A stretch of 64,000 bases of DNA, from positions 5,424 to 69,423 of the forward strand of contig JBGQET010000007.1 in assembly GCA_041496545.1 (NCBI GenBank), written 5' to 3'. Positions 28,447 to 38,296 of the stretch are shown here, in pieces. The notes beneath the pieces were generated by a model, which saw nothing but the letters and a program-made list of their open reading frames with translations, ran no database searches and was not told where the DNA came from. Both the position numbers and the translations under genes were made by a program. Position 1 is the stretch's first letter. Each line of letters opens with the position of its first letter. Origin of the DNA: Candidatus Binatia bacterium. Lineage in GTDB: Bacteria > Desulfobacterota > Binatia > DP-6.

Positions 28447-28791
28447 GTGCTGCGCAATCTCTGTCGGAACCTCCTCCACGAACCCGGCCGCACGGCGCTC
28501 AGCACGCTAGCGGTCGCGGCGGCGATCACGCTCGTCCTCGTATTCGAAGGCTTCCGCGTCGGCCTCTACCATCAGGTCCGCGCCTTCCCCGAAGGGATGC
28601 CGGCCGACCTGATCGCGACGCAGGCCGGCGTGTCGAACATCCTCGGTGCACGGTCGGTTCTCCCGCAGAGCGCCCGTGCCGACGTCCAGGCCGTGCCCGG
28701 GGTGAAGGCAGCGCACCCCCTCGGCGGCACGCCGATCATCTACACGAAGGGGACACGCAGCGCGCCCAAGGAGCCGGAGCGATACGCGTAG
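28447..28791 (+). pseudogene. FtsX/MacB-type ABC permease, N-terminal fragment
   Basis: MLRNLCRNLLHEPGRTALSTLAVAAAITLVLV is a canonical FtsX permease N-terminus. The ORF stops after 114 aa with no transmembrane helices 2–4. Confidence 0.55.
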
Positions 28792-29099
28792 GGCTCGGGA
28801 GGCGGCCGGTGAACGCGCCTCACGCGCGCGACGCGATCGCGGCGACGATCGGGCGCTCCGGCCGCATCCCCGTCGAGATGCGCGCGAGCTGCCGGACGGC
28901 GAATTCGACCTCGCACAGCAGCCCGAGGCTCCGGCGGTTCAGGTGGCAGTTCGCCGCCATCCGCGGCCAGAGCGGCGCCAGCCCATCCCGGAGCCATGCC
29001 CGCCATGACCCATCCGCGCGGACGTGCTCGATGAGAAGAGGCCCGGGGTGGCGCATGCCCCACCCCGGGCCTCCGACCGAATGGCGTCCGTCAAGGAGC

Positions 29100-29738
29100 T
29101 CAACCCGCGGGCTTCATGACCGGGCGTGCGACGCGGGGGTTTTGTCGCGGCTGCGACGGCGTCGGACACCGGCTGCGAAGAGAGTACACGTCATCATAGA
29201 TTGGGCAGTCTGCGATGCAGAAGGTGAAGTTGTTCTGGTAGTCGAGCCCCGCCTCGGCGCACCCGAACAAGCACAGGTGGAAGTTCGCGTCGGCGGTGGT
29301 CAGGCACGCCGCGTCCCCCCCGGCCCAGATGGTGTCGCCATCCGCGATCAGCAGGCACGCCTTCTTGTCCGCCTTGCGGGTCACGATGCACGCCTTGCGG
29401 CAGGCCTTCTCGGTGGCCAGCACTGCAGCCGCGCACGTCGACTGCTTCGTCACGCACGACTTCGCGCATTTCACGCTGGCGGGGGCCGCGAAGCAATTGG
29501 AGAAGGCGGTCTGGAAGTCCGTCAAGCAGGTGGCCGCTCGCGTGATGCGACACATCTTGAACTTGTGCCGCGTCCGACGAACGCAGGCCCCGGTGGCGCG
29601 GCCGTACCGGTGCGGCTGCAGCGTGGTGGTCGTGGTGCTGGTGGTCGTGGTGGTCGTCACTTGCGCGTGCGCGGTGCCCCGGAGCAGCACGGCACCCGCC
29701 ACGATCCCGGCTGCTACGCCTTTCGATACTCGAAACAT
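29100..29738 (-). CDS. Secreted Cys-rich protein with a poly-Thr linker
   Basis: It has a signal peptide, a T-rich tract (TTTTTTSTTTTT) and about 20 Cys in the mature part. Local GC is lower. Confidence 0.65.
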   Translation of the reverse strand: MFRVSKGVAAGIVAGAVLLRGTAHAQVTTTTTTSTTTTTLQPHRYGRATGACVRRTRHKFKMCRITRAATCLTDFQTAFSNCFAAPASVKCAKSCVTKQSTCAAAVLATEKACRKACIVTRKADKKACLLIADGDTIWAGGDAACLTTADANFHLCLFGCAEAGLDYQNNFTFCIADCPIYDDVYSLRSRCPTPSQPRQNPRVARPVMKPAG

Positions 29739-29780
29739 GCCAAGTCTCCCTCTGCGAGCCGCCGGTCCTCTCCGGTCGGG

Positions 29781-31244
29781 CTAGAACTTCACCAGCGCGT
29801 CGAGCTGGAAGCGCGAGAGCGTCGGGTTGCTCGTTCCGGCCGGGCGGTTGATGAAGTTCGAGAAGTAGCCCCGGGCGCTGATCGTGAGCGGGTTCAGGAG
29901 CTGGTAGTCGATGCCCACGCCGGGGCCCGCCTGGTTCGTCCCGCCGTTCGGGCCGAAGTCGCTCGCCGTGAAGGCCGAGATCGTCGCCTCCTGGCCGAGG
30001 TGCTCGTAGAAGCCCCAGAGCGACCAGTCGCCCTTGCTCTTCGTCTGACCGAGCCGGACGCCGGCCTGCCAGCCGTGGGCGTCGTCGGTCGCCGCCAGCC
30101 AGTTGTAGACGTAGTCGATCCAGAGGCGCAGTGGCTGCGCCGCGACCACGTTCGGGATGTTCGCCGCGAGCAGGAAGTTCGACTGGTTGAAGCCGCTCTG
30201 GTAGCCCGTGATCGCCTGGAACGCGGCTGGCCGCTTCCCGCCCTTCGCCGTCGGCGGCTGGATGGTCTGCGTCACGAGCAGGTTCTGGTTCGAGGCCGCG
30301 ATCACGGTGTTCAGGTTCGAGTTCGCGACCGGCGCACCCGACGCCGTGAACGCCGTCGTGTTCCGGCTCTGCGCCTGGGCGATCTGGTCCGCGTTGAGCC
30401 ACCAGTACTGCCCGAGGCCCGCCTCGAGCCCGACGGAGCCGATGTGGGTGGTCGGGTTCACCTGGCCCCCGAACATCCACCCGTCCTCCTTGTTCGCGAT
30501 CTCGTTGAACGTCCACTGGAGGGCGTGGACCTTCACCTGGTCGAGGGCGCCGAGCGGCTTGTCGAGGAGCTGGAACGTCTCGGAGAGGCCTTCGGGCGAG
30601 AGGTCCTCGTCGAGGAACATCTCGTCGGTGCGGAAGATCGGGTTCGGGAACTTGCCCGCGGTGATGCTCGCCACCCCGGGTCGCATGCCGAAGCTCTTCC
30701 CCGGCGTGAAGGTGAGGAAGGCCCAGTCGAGGTTGAAGTTCTTGCGGTTGAAGTTGCCGGTGAGCGTTTCGTTGGTGGAGATCGGGTCGTTGATGTTGCC
30801 GCTGGCGCCGCGGATGGTCGCCGACAGCTCGTCGCTGAACGCGACGCGCGCGCCGAGGCGGGCGCGGACGCGCTCGCGGTTGCGCGCGGTGGTATCCGCG
30901 TTCTTGACGTGCGGTTGGTGGTAGAAGCCCTCGTGCCGGCCCCGCACGTCGCCGAAGACGGTCGTACGCTTCATCCAGTCCGCGAGATCGACGGCGGGCT
31001 TCTTCGCCACCTCGGCACTCGCCGCCTTGGCTTGCTCCGCCGCGTCCTGCACCTGCTTCTGGGTCGCCTGGCCGATGGCCTTCTGCTGCTCCAACATGGC
31101 CTTCAGCTCTTGCATCTGCTGCTGCGTCCGGCGGAGCTGCTCCTCCAGCGCCCGGATGCGTTTCTCCGCGGGCGTCTCGGCCGCCGCCACGCGCGCGATC
31201 AGCGCCAGCAGCGCCATCGCGATGAGACCAGACTTGGCAGACAT
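29781..31244 (-). CDS. Outer-membrane porin with an N-terminal coiled coil
   Basis: It has a signal peptide, a Q/E-rich coiled coil and alternating beta-strand pattern, and it ends in …LVKF. Confidence 0.7.
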   Translation of the reverse strand: MSAKSGLIAMALLALIARVAAAETPAEKRIRALEEQLRRTQQQMQELKAMLEQQKAIGQATQKQVQDAAEQAKAASAEVAKKPAVDLADWMKRTTVFGDVRGRHEGFYHQPHVKNADTTARNRERVRARLGARVAFSDELSATIRGASGNINDPISTNETLTGNFNRKNFNLDWAFLTFTPGKSFGMRPGVASITAGKFPNPIFRTDEMFLDEDLSPEGLSETFQLLDKPLGALDQVKVHALQWTFNEIANKEDGWMFGGQVNPTTHIGSVGLEAGLGQYWWLNADQIAQAQSRNTTAFTASGAPVANSNLNTVIAASNQNLLVTQTIQPPTAKGGKRPAAFQAITGYQSGFNQSNFLLAANIPNVVAAQPLRLWIDYVYNWLAATDDAHGWQAGVRLGQTKSKGDWSLWGFYEHLGQEATISAFTASDFGPNGGTNQAGPGVGIDYQLLNPLTISARGYFSNFINRPAGTSNPTLSRFQLDALVKF

Positions 31245-31340
31245 GCGATCCTCCGATCGACTGCATGCCCGCCTCCGGTACGTCCGGTCAGCAGTGCGAT
31301 GTTTCTGGGTGGGTGCCTCCCGTTGCCGGGTCGGCAGCGC

Positions 31341-31510
31341 GGCAGCTATCGATCAGACGGCTCAGAACGCGGCAAACGAACCTTCTCCGTGCGGTCCACC
31401 TGGACCACGACCCCGTCCTGGACGATCGCGGTCACGGTCCCGAAGCGGAGCCCGCGGAGTGCGGCCCGGATTCGCTCCAGCGCTTCCACCGTCTCGTCCT
31501 CTTCCATGGC
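31341..31510 (-). CDS. YezD/DUF2292-like small protein; it is shorter than the cutoff of the ORF track
   Basis: A manual minus-strand translation gives MEEDETVEALERIRAALRGLRFGTVTAIVQDGVVVQVDRTEKVRL…. It lies immediately downstream of cysA. Confidence 0.45.
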
Positions 31511-31518
31511 TGCACTCC

Positions 31519-32577
31519 TCAGATCTGGTAGTCGTGGATGAAGACCTTGACGTCCCTGGGTGAGGCGTAGACGGTCTCGTCGATCTTGAGCCGCAGCTCC
31601 TCGTAGCGCTCCCGGTCCACGTTCACGGTCAGCTCGACGCCGAAGTCGACGGCGACCAGCCGCACCTTGACGATGGCCCCGGCCGGGTTGATGTGCAGCA
31701 CCTTCGCCGCCAGGCCGGGGCGCCCGTTCTTCACGCGCAGGATCTCGAGGTCGTGCGAGCGGATGAAGGCCGTCGCCGGCCGCCGCTCGTCGTGCGGGTG
31801 CTGGGGGTAGGAGATGTCGAAGCTGCCCAGCTCGACCTTCCCGCGCTGCACGTGGCCGTGGAAGACGTTCACGTTGCCGAGGAAGTCCATCACGAAGGGG
31901 CTCGCCGGCTGCTCGAAGATCTCCTGCGGCGTGCCGACCTGCTCGACCTGGCCGTGGTTCATGATGACGACGCGGTCGGCCACCTCGAAGGCCTCCTCCT
32001 GGTCGTGCGTCACGAACACGGTCGTGACGTGGATATCATCGTGCAGGCGGCGGAGCCACTGCCGGAGGTCCTGGCGGACCTTGGCGTCGAGCGCGCCGAA
32101 GGGCTCGTCGAGCAGCAACACCTTGGGCTCGGCGGCGAGCGCACGCGCGAGCGCGACGCGCTGGCGCTGCCCGCCGGAGAGCTGCGACGGCCGTGCCTTC
32201 TCGATCCCGTGGAGCTGGATCAAGCGCAGCAGCTCGCGGACGCGCTCGTTCACCTTCGCCTTCGGCCAGTGCCGCACGCGGAGCCCAAAGGCGATGTTCT
32301 CGAACACGCTCATGTGGCGGAAGAGCGCGTAGTGCTGGAAGACGAAGCCGACGTTGCGCTCCCGGACGCTCGCCTCGGTGACGTCCTCGTCGAGGTAGCG
32401 GACGGTGCCCGAGTCGGGCGTCTCGAGCCCGGCGATGACGCGGAGGAGCGTCGTCTTCCCGGAGCCCGACGGCCCGAGGAGCGCGAGCAGCGCGCCGCCG
32501 GGGACCTCGAGGCTCACGTTGTCGAGTGCCAGGAAGTCCCCGAAGCGCTTGGTCACGCGGATGGCGGTGATGCTCAT
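31519..32577 (-). CDS. cysA: Sulfate/thiosulfate ABC transporter ATP-binding protein
   Basis: It has Walker A (GPSGSGKTT), the [15 protein letters not shown] signature and a C-terminal regulatory domain. Confidence 0.9.
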   Translation of the reverse strand: MSITAIRVTKRFGDFLALDNVSLEVPGGALLALLGPSGSGKTTLLRVIAGLETPDSGTVRYLDEDVTEASVRERNVGFVFQHYALFRHMSVFENIAFGLRVRHWPKAKVNERVRELLRLIQLHGIEKARPSQLSGGQRQRVALARALAAEPKVLLLDEPFGALDAKVRQDLRQWLRRLHDDIHVTTVFVTHDQEEAFEVADRVVIMNHGQVEQVGTPQEIFEQPASPFVMDFLGNVNVFHGHVQRGKVELGSFDISYPQHPHDERRPATAFIRSHDLEILRVKNGRPGLAAKVLHINPAGAIVKVRLVAVDFGVELTVNVDRERYEELRLKIDETVYASPRDVKVFIHDYQI

Positions 32578-33434
32578 GCGGCCTCCCCTTCGCTGTGCAT
32601 GCGGACGGCTTCCGCCAGGTCGCGGCGCGTCTTCCATTCGAGCGCCGTCTTCACGACGAGCGTGACCACGGCGAGGAAGGTGAGCACCGAGGCGACCGCG
32701 AACGCCCCCGGCATGTTGTACTCCTGGAAGAGCTTCTCCACGCGGAGCGGCATGGTGTCGGTCTGCCCGGTGATACGCCCCGACACCACGTACACCGCGC
32801 CGAACTCCCCCATGGCGCGCGCGTTCGCCAGGATGATCCCGTAGAGGAGGCCCCACTTGATGTTGGGGATCGTGATGCGCCGGAAGACCTGCCAGCCCGA
32901 CGCCCCCAGGCTCACCGCCGCGATCTCCTCGTCGGGGCCGATCGCCTCCATGACGGGGATCAGCTCGCGCGCGATGAACGGGAAGGTGACGAAGGTGGTA
33001 GCGAGGACGATGCCCGGCAGCGCGAAGATGACCTTCACGTCGTGCGCGCGGAGCCAGGGACCGAAGTAGCCCTGCAGACCGAAGAGCAGCACGAACACCA
33101 GACCCGCGACGACGGGCGAGACCGAGAACGGCAGGTCGATGAGGGCCGTGAGCAGCGTGCGGCCGGGGAAGCGGAAGCGCGCGATCGTCCACGCCGCCGC
33201 GACGCCGAAGAGCAGGTTCGCGACCACGGCGAGCGGCGCCACGACGAGCGTCAAGCGGACCGCCGACCAGGTGTCGGCGTCGGCGGTGATGCTCCGCCAG
33301 TACGCGCCGGGGCCGTTCGCGAACGCTTCGACGAAGATGTCGACGAGTGGCAGCCCGACGAGCAGGCCCATGACGCCGATGGCGAGCCCGACGAGCGCCC
33401 AGCGGACGGCGGGATGATCCTCGCGGCTATGCAT
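32574..33434 (-). CDS. cysW: Sulfate ABC transporter permease
   Basis: It is an ABC permease carrying the EAA-like loop. Confidence 0.85.
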   Translation of the reverse strand: MHSREDHPAVRWALVGLAIGVMGLLVGLPLVDIFVEAFANGPGAYWRSITADADTWSAVRLTLVVAPLAVVANLLFGVAAAWTIARFRFPGRTLLTALIDLPFSVSPVVAGLVFVLLFGLQGYFGPWLRAHDVKVIFALPGIVLATTFVTFPFIARELIPVMEAIGPDEEIAAVSLGASGWQVFRRITIPNIKWGLLYGIILANARAMGEFGAVYVVSGRITGQTDTMPLRVEKLFQEYNMPGAFAVASVLTFLAVVTLVVKTALEWKTRRDLAEAVRMHSEGEAA

Positions 33435-34251
33435 AGATCCGCTTGCTCCAGCGCTCGAGCAGGTTGATCGCGACCAGCGTCAGGAAGGAGAAGACGAGCA
33501 GCACGACCGCGACCGCGGTCGCTTCGCCGTAGGCGAACTCTTCGAGGCGGGACACGATCAGGACCGGCGCGATCTCGGTCTTGAACGGCATGTTGCCCGA
33601 CACGAAGACGACCGAGCCGTACTCCCCGAGCGCGCGCGCGAAGGCGAGCGCGAAGCCGGTGATGGCGGCCGGCACGAGCGGCGCCAGCACGACGCGGCGG
33701 ACGGTCTGCCAGCGCGACGCCCCGAGGCACGCCGCCGCCTCCTCGACGTCGGGCTCGATGCGCTCGAGCACGGGCTCGAGCGTGCGCACGACGAAGGGGA
33801 AGCCGGTGAAGACGAGCACGAGCACGATCGCCGTCCGCGAGTACGCGCCGTGGACGCCGAGCGGGACGAGGAAGCGGCCGATCCAGCCGCGCTCCACGTA
33901 GAGGTTCGAGTAGACGAGCCCGGCGACGGCCGTCGGCAGCGCGAACGGCAGGTCGACGAGCGCGTCCATGAGACGCTTGCCGGGGAACTCGTAGCGGACG
34001 AGCACCCAGGCGACGAGCGTGCCGAGCACCACGTTGATGGCGCCGGCGGCGAGCGAGGCGGCGAAGGTGAGCCGGTACGCCGCCAGCGCTCGCTCCGTCG
34101 AGACGGCCGCCCAGAAGCGGTCCAGCGGCAGCGTCGACGCCTTCACGAAGCAAGCGGCGAGCGGCACCAGGATCAGCACCGTGAGGTAGCTGACCGTGAA
34201 GCCGAGGCTCAGACGGAACCCCGGCAGCACGCGGCGGTTCACGTCGCTCAT
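33427..34251 (-). CDS. cysT: Sulfate ABC transporter permease
   Basis: It is an ABC permease translationally coupled on both sides. Confidence 0.85.
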   Translation of the reverse strand: MSDVNRRVLPGFRLSLGFTVSYLTVLILVPLAACFVKASTLPLDRFWAAVSTERALAAYRLTFAASLAAGAINVVLGTLVAWVLVRYEFPGKRLMDALVDLPFALPTAVAGLVYSNLYVERGWIGRFLVPLGVHGAYSRTAIVLVLVFTGFPFVVRTLEPVLERIEPDVEEAAACLGASRWQTVRRVVLAPLVPAAITGFALAFARALGEYGSVVFVSGNMPFKTEIAPVLIVSRLEEFAYGEATAVAVVLLVFSFLTLVAINLLERWSKRIYA

Positions 34252-35246
34252 GGCTTGTAGATCCCGTCGAAGACCTTGCCCTCGCCGAAGAACTTCTGGA
34301 AGGCGTCGTCCCAGTCCTTGGCGACGGCTGTGACCGGGAAGAGCTTCACGTCGCGGAGCTCGGTGTGTCGCTTCAGCACCGCTTCGTCGACCGGCCGGTA
34401 GTGGTGCTTGGCGATGGTCTCCTGACCCGCGGGCGTCCAGAGGTACTCGAGGTACGCCTTGGCGGCCGCCTCGGTGTGGTGGCGCTTGGCGTTCGCGTCC
34501 ACCACCGCGACGGGCGGCTCGGCCAGGATGCTCGCCGACGGGTAGATGATCTCCAGCTCGCCCTTCGACTCCTCGACCTCGAGGTACGCCTCGTTCTCCC
34601 AGGTGAGGTGCACGTCGCCGATGCCCTTCTGCGCGAAGGTCGTCGTCGAGCCGCGCGCCCCGGAGTCGAGCACCGGCACCTGCTTGTAGAGCTTGGTCAC
34701 GTAGTCGAGCGCCGCCGCGTCCGAGCCGCCGCGCGAGACGACCTGTCCCCAGGCGGCGAGGAACGAGAGCTTCCCGTTGCCCGACGTCTTCGGGCTCGGG
34801 GTGATGATCTGGTTGCCCGGCTTCACGAGGTCCGGCCAGTCCTTGACGCCCTTGGGGTTCCCCTTGCGGACGACGAACACGATCGTCGACCGATACGGGA
34901 TCGAGTTGTTCGGGAGCTCCTTCTGCCACCCTTCGTCGATGAGGCCCGCTTTGCGGACCTGCTCGGTGTCGGGGAGGAGGGCGAGCGTCACGACGTCGGC
35001 TTCGAGCCCGTCGATCACCGCGCGGGCCTGGGCGCTCGAGCCGCCGTGCGACTGCTTGACGTCGACGGTCACGCCGGTCTTCTGCTCGTACTGCCTGGCG
35101 AACTGCTGGTTCAGGTCTTTCCACAGCTCCCGCGTCGGGTCGTACGAGACGTTCAGCAGCTCCAGCGTCGCGGCCCCCCCGACGCCGTGCACGGCGAGGA
35201 GGGCGGTCGTGGTGAGGAGCAGGGTCTTCCAGGGCGTCATTGCCAT
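34248..35246 (-). CDS. sbp: Sulfate/thiosulfate-binding periplasmic protein
   Basis: It has a signal peptide and the Sbp/CysP fold sequence, with a GGAAGGA RBS. Confidence 0.85.
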   Translation of the reverse strand: MAMTPWKTLLLTTTALLAVHGVGGAATLELLNVSYDPTRELWKDLNQQFARQYEQKTGVTVDVKQSHGGSSAQARAVIDGLEADVVTLALLPDTEQVRKAGLIDEGWQKELPNNSIPYRSTIVFVVRKGNPKGVKDWPDLVKPGNQIITPSPKTSGNGKLSFLAAWGQVVSRGGSDAAALDYVTKLYKQVPVLDSGARGSTTTFAQKGIGDVHLTWENEAYLEVEESKGELEIIYPSASILAEPPVAVVDANAKRHHTEAAAKAYLEYLWTPAGQETIAKHHYRPVDEAVLKRHTELRDVKLFPVTAVAKDWDDAFQKFFGEGKVFDGIYKP

Positions 35247-35272
35247 TCCTTCCGATATTTTCGACTCGAAAC

Positions 35273-35312
35273 CAAAAAAAAGGCCCGGGGGCGTGAGCCT
35301 CCCGGGCCTTTT
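35273..35312 (-). terminator. GC-rich hairpin flanked by A8 and T4, with U8 on the minus strand: an intrinsic terminator or attenuator
   Basis: The stem is ggcccggg…cccgggcc. On the minus strand it is followed by TTTTTTTT, and the sbp RBS and ATG come 27 nt later. Confidence 0.6.
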
Positions 35313-35586
35313 GGTCGGAGCGTTCAGGGGTTCAGATCATGGGCACGCAGAACGCATGGCGACCGCCGGCGTGAGAGGCCGTGACCTCATACAGCAACAA
35401 CACGCGGTCGCGAGGAGAGCGTTCACGCGTCCGGGTATGCCCGAGGTGCGCGACCCGTGTCAAGTACTTTCCCCGACGACGCGACGTTGCCGGCTGCGGC
35501 GGCGAGCGCTTCGGCGAGCGCGGTCTCGTCTTGCTTCACCCCGACTGCCCGTGTAGGCCGCTCAACACAAGAAGGAGGAGGGCCGC

Positions 35587-36204
35587 ATGAAGATATACGA
35601 CTTCGTCGGAGCGCCGAACCCGAAGAAGCTGCGCGTGTACCTGGCCGAGAAGGGGCTCACGATCCCGCTCGAGCAGGTGAACATCGCGGCGGGCGAGAAC
35701 CGCAAGCCCGAGTTCCTGAAGAAGAACCCGGCGGGTGGCCTGCCGGTGCTGGAGCTGGACGACGGCAGCCATCTGCCCGAGTCGCTCGCCATCATCGAGT
35801 ACCTGGAGGAGCTGCACCCCAACCCGCCCATGATCGGCACCACGCCGCTCGAGCGGGCCCGCGTGCGCGCCCTCGAGCGTGTCTGCGAGCTCGGCGTGCT
35901 GTCACGGGTGGCCGCCTACTTCCAGAACTCGCACCCGTTCATGGCCGGGCGAATCAAGCAGTCGGCCGACGCGGCGGAGAACGCCCGCACCGGCCTCGCG
36001 GGGGTGCTCAAGATGCTGGACGCGCACGTCGGCAAGGGGCCGTTCATCGCGGGCCCGCGCCCGACGATCGCCGACTGCACGCTCTACGCGTCGTACGAGT
36101 TCGGGGAGTTCGCCGGCATCCCGCTCGGCGAGGTGGATCCGTCGCTCCGCAACCTGGCCGCCTGGCACGCCGGCTTCCGCGAGCGTCCGAGCGCGCGCAG
36201 CTGA
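35587..36204 (+). CDS. Glutathione S-transferase
   Basis: It has an N-terminal thioredoxin-like GST domain (…GGLPVLELDDG…) and a GAAGGAGGAGG RBS. Confidence 0.85.
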   Translation: MKIYDFVGAPNPKKLRVYLAEKGLTIPLEQVNIAAGENRKPEFLKKNPAGGLPVLELDDGSHLPESLAIIEYLEELHPNPPMIGTTPLERARVRALERVCELGVLSRVAAYFQNSHPFMAGRIKQSADAAENARTGLAGVLKMLDAHVGKGPFIAGPRPTIADCTLYASYEFGEFAGIPLGEVDPSLRNLAAWHAGFRERPSARS

Positions 36205-36223
36205 TCGGGCCGCCGGGGGCTCG

Positions 36224-36631
36224 ATGTTCGCGGTGTCCCCCGACAAGGCGCGGGCGCTCGAGCGCCGCATGGAGGCACTCGGCGTGCGCGCCGCGGACCT
36301 GGAGGAGCACTTCGTCCGCTCCGGCGGCAAGGGCGGACAGAACGTCAACAAGGTCGCGACCTGCGTCGTCCTGCGCCACGTCCCGACCGGCGTCATGGTG
36401 AAGTGTCAGCAGGAGCGCTCGCAGGCGCTCAACCGGTTCCTCGCCCGCCGTCTTCTCCTGGACAAGCTGGAGGCGCGTGCCCGTGGCATCACCGATGCGG
36501 CGGCCCGCGAGCGGGCGCGCATCCGTCGCCAGAAGCGCCGCCGCTCGCGCCGCGCGGACGCGAAGCGGCTCGCGGCCAAGCGGGCGCTGGGCGAGAAAAA
36601 AGCGGCGCGGCGATCTCCGGCGGAGGAGTAG
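36224..36631 (+). CDS. arfB: Peptidyl-tRNA hydrolase ArfB-like (release-factor GGQ domain protein)
   Basis: It has a GGQ motif (SGGKGGQNVNKV) and a basic C-terminal tail, about 135 aa in all. Confidence 0.75.
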   Translation: MFAVSPDKARALERRMEALGVRAADLEEHFVRSGGKGGQNVNKVATCVVLRHVPTGVMVKCQQERSQALNRFLARRLLLDKLEARARGITDAAARERARIRRQKRRRSRRADAKRLAAKRALGEKKAARRSPAEE

Positions 36632-36653
36632 CGGCGGTCGGTCCCTCCCGGTC

Positions 36654-37364
36654 CTACGCCGGGTAGAGCCGCTTCAGTAGGGCCGACAGCTCGCCGAGCG
36701 GCATCTGACCCGGGCCCGTCGGGCGACCGACGGACGCGTACGTCAGCAGCGAACCGGCGGCGGGGAACACGACGCGCGACACGGTGCCGAGGGGACCCAT
36801 CGCGATCGTCACGACGCCGCGGTCGCGGGCGGCGAGCGTCACCTCCAGCAGCGTGCGCACGTCGTCCAGGGTGCGGGCGTGCGCGGCGAGCTTCGTCAAG
36901 TCGGCGCCGAGCGACTCGGCGCGGTCGATGAGGCCGAGCAGGGCCGCGCGCGGGGGCGTCGTGTCGAAGGCGTGGGCGGAGAGGATGACGGTGCGGCCGG
37001 CGGCGCGGGCGCGGGGGACGATCTCCGCCACCACGCCGGCGGCGGCGATCTCGACGTCCACGGCGTCGGCGTGCGGCAGGCCGGCGGCGTAGATCGCCGT
37101 GCGCTGGGCGTCGTCGAGCGCGCTGCCGCCGCCCTCGGCGGCGGAGCGCACGGTCAGGATGACGGGGCGGCCGGCGGCCCGGAGACGGGCGAGCGCAGCG
37201 CCGATCCGGTCGGGCTGCGGGTCCCGGAAGAGGTCGGCGCGCAGCTCGACGAGGTCCGCGCCCTCGGCAGCGGCGAGCGCCTCGAGCTCCTCCTCGCCGC
37301 CGGCGGCGACGACGCGCGGGACGTCCCCGAGCGTCACGCCGCCGATCGTGCGCGCCCGTCCCAT
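36654..37364 (-). CDS. aroD: 3-dehydroquinate dehydratase, type I
   Basis: It has a type I DHQase-like TIM-barrel sequence. Confidence 0.7.
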   Translation of the reverse strand: MGRARTIGGVTLGDVPRVVAAGGEEELEALAAAEGADLVELRADLFRDPQPDRIGAALARLRAAGRPVILTVRSAAEGGGSALDDAQRTAIYAAGLPHADAVDVEIAAAGVVAEIVPRARAAGRTVILSAHAFDTTPPRAALLGLIDRAESLGADLTKLAAHARTLDDVRTLLEVTLAARDRGVVTIAMGPLGTVSRVVFPAAGSLLTYASVGRPTGPGQMPLGELSALLKRLYPA

Positions 37365-37367
37365 GCG

Positions 37368-38183
37368 CTAGGGGGCGGGGACCGAGCGGACGCGGGCGCG
37401 CTGGAGAACCTCCACCGAGTCGCCCACGAAGGCGCCGCTGAAGCGCCCGTTGGTGCCGAGATGGATCTTACCGTTCGGCGCGTAGACCGTGGCGTCGACC
37501 GTGCTCCGCGCCTCGGCGCGGAACGCGGCGCGTCCGCCGCCGCCCTCGACGTTCACGCGGATGGCGCGCGCGTCGAGCCCACCCGGCGCGGTGAGGATCG
37601 ATTCCTCGCGCAGCTGGACCTGGTCGCGCACGTTGAGCGTGCAGAGGGGGGCGAGGCAGAGGATCTGCCCGCCGCGCGTCACGTCGATCGAGCGCACGTC
37701 GTAGGTGCCGCCGGCGAGCGTCAACCGGCTCTTGGTGCCGACCCTGATCTTGCCGTACTCGCCCGCGACCAATCCCTCCTGGCGGGAGCGGGCGGGCAGC
37801 TTCACGTCGAGGACGCCCGGGACGACGCGGACGATCTGCAGGCGGCCGTCGAGCGGCAGCGTCAGGTGGCCGCACGTGACGCTCACGTCGCCCTCGACCA
37901 CGCGACAGAGGAAGCCGGCGGCGTGCGAGTGCGGGCCGAGCTTGACCGTGTCGGCCGCCACCAGCCCGGAGACCCGGGCGCGGTTGCGCAGCCAGACCGA
38001 GCCCAGGTCGAGGTTGCAGCCGACGTCCCCACCGTCCACGCGCGCGAAGGAGCCGATCATCACGTCCGAGATCCCGAAGACGGCGTAGTCGAAGGCTCGC
38101 GTGGGCAGGGTGCCGGCCAGGGCGGTCGCGGCCCACAGGATCGGGGCCGCCGCCAGGGCCGTCCAGGTCGAAGCGCGTCTCAT
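37368..38183 (-). CDS. Secreted hypothetical protein
   Basis: It has a signal peptide (WTALAAAPILWAATALAG) and a repetitive beta-rich sequence. Confidence 0.55.
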   Translation of the reverse strand: MRRASTWTALAAAPILWAATALAGTLPTRAFDYAVFGISDVMIGSFARVDGGDVGCNLDLGSVWLRNRARVSGLVAADTVKLGPHSHAAGFLCRVVEGDVSVTCGHLTLPLDGRLQIVRVVPGVLDVKLPARSRQEGLVAGEYGKIRVGTKSRLTLAGGTYDVRSIDVTRGGQILCLAPLCTLNVRDQVQLREESILTAPGGLDARAIRVNVEGGGGRAAFRAEARSTVDATVYAPNGKIHLGTNGRFSGAFVGDSVEVLQRARVRSVPAP

Positions 38184-38296
38184 GGGGTCACCTCCTCGGA
38201 CGGCTCCAGTATGCCGGTGCGGCGACGAGCGCAAAAGCACTCGGGAGCGAAGGCCCCTGGCTTGCGGCCGGGCGCCTATATTAAGGTGGCGCCCGG

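Noticed and set aside
28809-31541. A 910-aa ORF on the + strand
   Set aside because: It is antisense to two well-supported minus-strand genes (the Cys-rich protein and the porin). It is an Arg/Ala/Gly-rich read-through typical of GC-rich DNA, with no recognisable motifs.
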